A stretch of DNA of 64,000 bases from positions 1,012 through 65,011 of the forward strand of contig CAMNPM010000007.1 of NCBI GenBank assembly GCA_946548065.1, written 5' to 3'. The position numbers and the translations under genes were made by a program. Under the pieces are notes generated by a model that was given only the letters and a program-made list of their open reading frames with translations, was not told the origin of the DNA and searched no databases. This DNA comes from an uncultured Prevotella sp. Its GTDB lineage: Bacteria > Bacteroidota > Bacteroidia > Bacteroidales > Bacteroidaceae. The first letter of the stretch is position 1. The number at the start of each line of letters is the position of its first letter. Positions 61,270-64,000 of the stretch are shown in pieces.

Positions 61270-63435
61270 CTAAAGTTGTCGCAGACTCATTTCGTAGAAC
61301 AAGCCCTTGCGGGCCATCAGCTGCTCGAAGGTGCCCTCCTCGGCAATCTTCCCCTTGTTGAGCACGATGATGCGGTCACAGTGGCGGATAGTGCTCAGCC
61401 GATGGGCAATGACCACACGTGTGCAGTGCAGCCTGTCGAGGTTGTCGCTCACCCGCCTCTGACTGATGTTGTCGAGTGCCGAGGTGGCCTCGTCGAAGAA
61501 GAGAATGTTGGGATGCCCTATCAGGGCACGGGCGATGAGCAGGCGCTGCTTCTGACCACCGGAGAATCCGCCGCCGCCCTCGCTGATGACGGTGTGCAGG
61601 CCCATAGGCAGGGCTTTCACCTCGTTGTACATACACGCCATTCGCAGTGCCTCCCAGGCATCGTCGTGGGTGGACCAGGGGGCGGTGATGGTGATGTTGT
61701 GGAAGATGTCGCCCGTGAAGAGACTGCCGTTCTGCAGGCACGTCCCTATCCGTTGGCGGAGCTGTTTCTTGTCAATCTTCTCCAAGTCGTAGTGGTCGTA
61801 GTATATATTGCCACGCTGGGGTTTCTCAAAGCCCAGCAACAGGCGCAGCAGGGTGGACTTCCCACAGCCGGAGATGCCCACGATGCCCACGTATTCGCCA
61901 GCCTTGATGCTGAGCGAGAGGTCGTCGATGACCAGCGGCATGTCGTCCTGATAGCGGAATGACAGATGCTTGACTTCGATACTGCCCGACAGGGCTTTGA
62001 TTGTGGTATGTGAGCCTGACACCTCTGGTACGGCCTCGACAATGTCCATGATACTCTCCAGCTGCGGTTCAATCTTGGTCATCTGGGGGATTTGCTCCGT
62101 GAGCCCGGTGAGTGCTGCTGTCAGCATGCCAAAGGCAGAGGTGAAGGCAATGAAGTCGCTGGTCTTGATGGAGGCGTGCATGGCAAATATGTAGATGACG
62201 AGCAGGGTGACTACGTTCATCAGCGCCAGCAGCGAGGGATACAGGCGTGTGGCAAGCCGTGGGTTGTAGATAATCCTGGCTGTATGGGTATACCGGTTGA
62301 GCCACTGGGTGAAGGCGCGTGTCTCTGAACCAGTGAGCTTGACCTTCTGTATGCCTGCATACAGGTTGCACTCCATACCGCTGAGGGCATCATTCTTGCC
62401 GATGTATAGCTGTTGTACATGGGTCGCCTTGCGGAAGTAGAGCACCAGTATCAGTGCTTGCAGGGCAAACAGAGCCATTGCGGGTAGCAGGAGCGGTCCG
62501 CCGTAGATGCCCACTTGGATGAAATAGACCACAGAGAGCACACCGTTCAACAGTGCACCGACGGTCGTCTCATTGATTTGCTGGCACAGGTTACTGAGGT
62601 TGTTCATCTTGGAGGTCAGTTCACCGCTGCTGTGGGTGTGGAAGAATTTCGGGGGCAGCAGGAAGAGTCGTGCCATGACGGCGTTGTGCAGGTTCATCTC
62701 CACGATGTTCTCAACGCGAACGATATACAGATTGCGGATATAAGTCGTCAGCATGATAGCCACTGCTGCTCCCACCAGCAGTCCGGCAATAGGAGCCAAG
62801 TCGGTGGCAATACCGGCAGGTATCACCGTCTCGAACACCATCTTGTTCGCCATAGGCACAAACATACCCAGAAGCACGACAAGCAGTGCGGCAAGTACCA
62901 TGTGAACCATACTGTGGGTGCTTGCCGACGACCAGATGAAGGCGAAGAGCTGGCGCTTGGTCAGCCGTTGCAGGGGCAGTGCCTTGGTGAAGCTGTAAGC
63001 CTCTGGCTTCAGTACGTCCTTCATCTGCTGCCTTGACACCTCCCGCGGGGTGCCGTCCTCGTCGGTGAAGCGATAGCTGCGGCCTGTCCACTTGGGCAGC
63101 AGCGCCACCAGCCTGCCGCTATGCGTACTGCCCAGCAAGGGGCCGGAGGCCTCTCGCCACCAACCGTCGGTGAGTCTCACCTGTCGCGTCATGATGCCAT
63201 GCGCCTGGAGAATGTTGTGCAACTGCTGCTCCAGGGACAACACATCATCGGGCTCCAGTTCGTAATCGACAATCTTCAACGCTTCCAGCACCTGGCGGAT
63301 GGCCAGGTTGTCGGTCTGGGGAACAGTGCCGCCATAGTGTAATCCCATGCGTGTAGCGCCTTCCTTGATCTCACGCAACAGGGTGGAGGCATCCAACTTC
63401 CTGCGTTTCTCTATCTGACTGGAAAATATGCTCAT
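61270..63435 (-). CDS. NHLM-type bacteriocin export ABC transporter permease/ATPase (subunit without an active peptidase)
   Basis: RQVRLTDGWWREASGPLL N-domain, TM region, GISGCGKST, FSGGQKQR, FFDEATSALD. Confidence 0.88.
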   Translation of the reverse strand: MSIFSSQIEKRRKLDASTLLREIKEGATRMGLHYGGTVPQTDNLAIRQVLEALKIVDYELEPDDVLSLEQQLHNILQAHGIMTRQVRLTDGWWREASGPLLGSTHSGRLVALLPKWTGRSYRFTDEDGTPREVSRQQMKDVLKPEAYSFTKALPLQRLTKRQLFAFIWSSASTHSMVHMVLAALLVVLLGMFVPMANKMVFETVIPAGIATDLAPIAGLLVGAAVAIMLTTYIRNLYIVRVENIVEMNLHNAVMARLFLLPPKFFHTHSSGELTSKMNNLSNLCQQINETTVGALLNGVLSVVYFIQVGIYGGPLLLPAMALFALQALILVLYFRKATHVQQLYIGKNDALSGMECNLYAGIQKVKLTGSETRAFTQWLNRYTHTARIIYNPRLATRLYPSLLALMNVVTLLVIYIFAMHASIKTSDFIAFTSAFGMLTAALTGLTEQIPQMTKIEPQLESIMDIVEAVPEVSGSHTTIKALSGSIEVKHLSFRYQDDMPLVIDDLSLSIKAGEYVGIVGISGCGKSTLLRLLLGFEKPQRGNIYYDHYDLEKIDKKQLRQRIGTCLQNGSLFTGDIFHNITITAPWSTHDDAWEALRMACMYNEVKALPMGLHTVISEGGGGFSGGQKQRLLIARALIGHPNILFFDEATSALDNISQRRVSDNLDRLHCTRVVIAHRLSTIRHCDRIIVLNKGKIAEEGTFEQLMARKGLFYEMSLRQL

Positions 63436-63456
63436 CTTCAGTTTCTCCTCCTTTCC

Positions 63457-64000
63457 TTATCCGTTTTCCATGAGCTGGCGGTACAGGCCGTCCTGTTGCA
63501 TCAGCTGTTCGTGGGTGCCTTGCTGGACCACGTGACCGGCTTCCATGACGATGATCTGGTCGCAGTCACGGATGGTTGACAGACGGTGGGCCACCACAAT
63601 CTGCGTGATGCCCATCTCGCGGATGTGCCTCATCACCAGGTCCTCGGTGGTGGGGTCTAATGCAGAGGTGGCCTCGTCCATGATCAGGATCATGGGCTCG
63701 CGGGCAAGTGCCGTGGCTATCTCGAAGCGCTGGCACTGACCTCCGCTGAAGTTCTTTCCGCCCCGCACCACCTTGGTAGCCAAGCCTTCGGGACGGCTCA
63801 TGATGTCGCTGTGTACCTGTGCGTCGCTGCATGCCATGAGGATGGCGAAATCCTCGATGCTCTGGTCCCACATGCGGATGTTCTGCGACAGCGTGTCGTC
63901 GAAGAGCACGATGTTCTGGTCGACGACGGCGATGGAGTTGGTCAGCTCGTCGCTGGAGATGCTCTCGATGGGACGCCCGTCGAAGAGTATCTCGCCGCTC
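63457..64000 (-). CDS. ABC transporter C-terminal ATPase domain, probably the peptidase-containing NHLM-type subunit (5' part outside the window)
   Basis: Frame open to the edge: SGEILFDGRP...IAVVDQNIVLFDDT...FSGGQCQR...MDEATSALD...AHRLSTIRD. Confidence 0.8.
   Translation of the reverse strand, partial: SGEILFDGRPIESISSDELTNSIAVVDQNIVLFDDTLSQNIRMWDQSIEDFAILMACSDAQVHSDIMSRPEGLATKVVRGGKNFSGGQCQRFEIATALAREPMILIMDEATSALDPTTEDLVMRHIREMGITQIVVAHRLSTIRDCDQIIVMEAGHVVQQGTHEQLMQQDGLYRQLMENG

Overview
Bacteroidota chromosome segment, most likely Prevotella-type, judged from the gene set and the many TAnnTTTG -7 promoter boxes. Most of it is housekeeping and envelope genes: spt-like and lipid kinase pair, tRNA-Cys, pgm, yebC, pheT, rprXY, a TonB receptor, DPP-IV, trmD, glyA, riboflavin synthase, nth, an ECF sigma/anti-sigma pair, an L,D-transpeptidase, rnz, mazG, a TamA/BamA-like protein and TrmH. 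Accessory material lies at about 36.7-54.5 kb and 58.2-64 kb. Best candidate for an undescribed system: a six-gene operon at 39953-51235 encoding a receiver-PP2C phosphatase, a membrane-anchored coiled-coil/WD40-like protein, a beta-propeller sensor kinase lacking its phospho-His, a sensorless intact kinase, and two TonB-dependent receptors with TPR-like N-terminal extensions. Other highlights: an unannotated 38-aa double-glycine-leader peptide with a duplicated operator/promoter next to an NHLM-type exporter; a second His-less kinase/intact kinase tandem; a 6S-like ncRNA; an ori-like pair of inverted hairpins; and several intact and decayed toxin-antitoxin modules. All calls come from reading motifs by eye. 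No database searches or folding programs were run.
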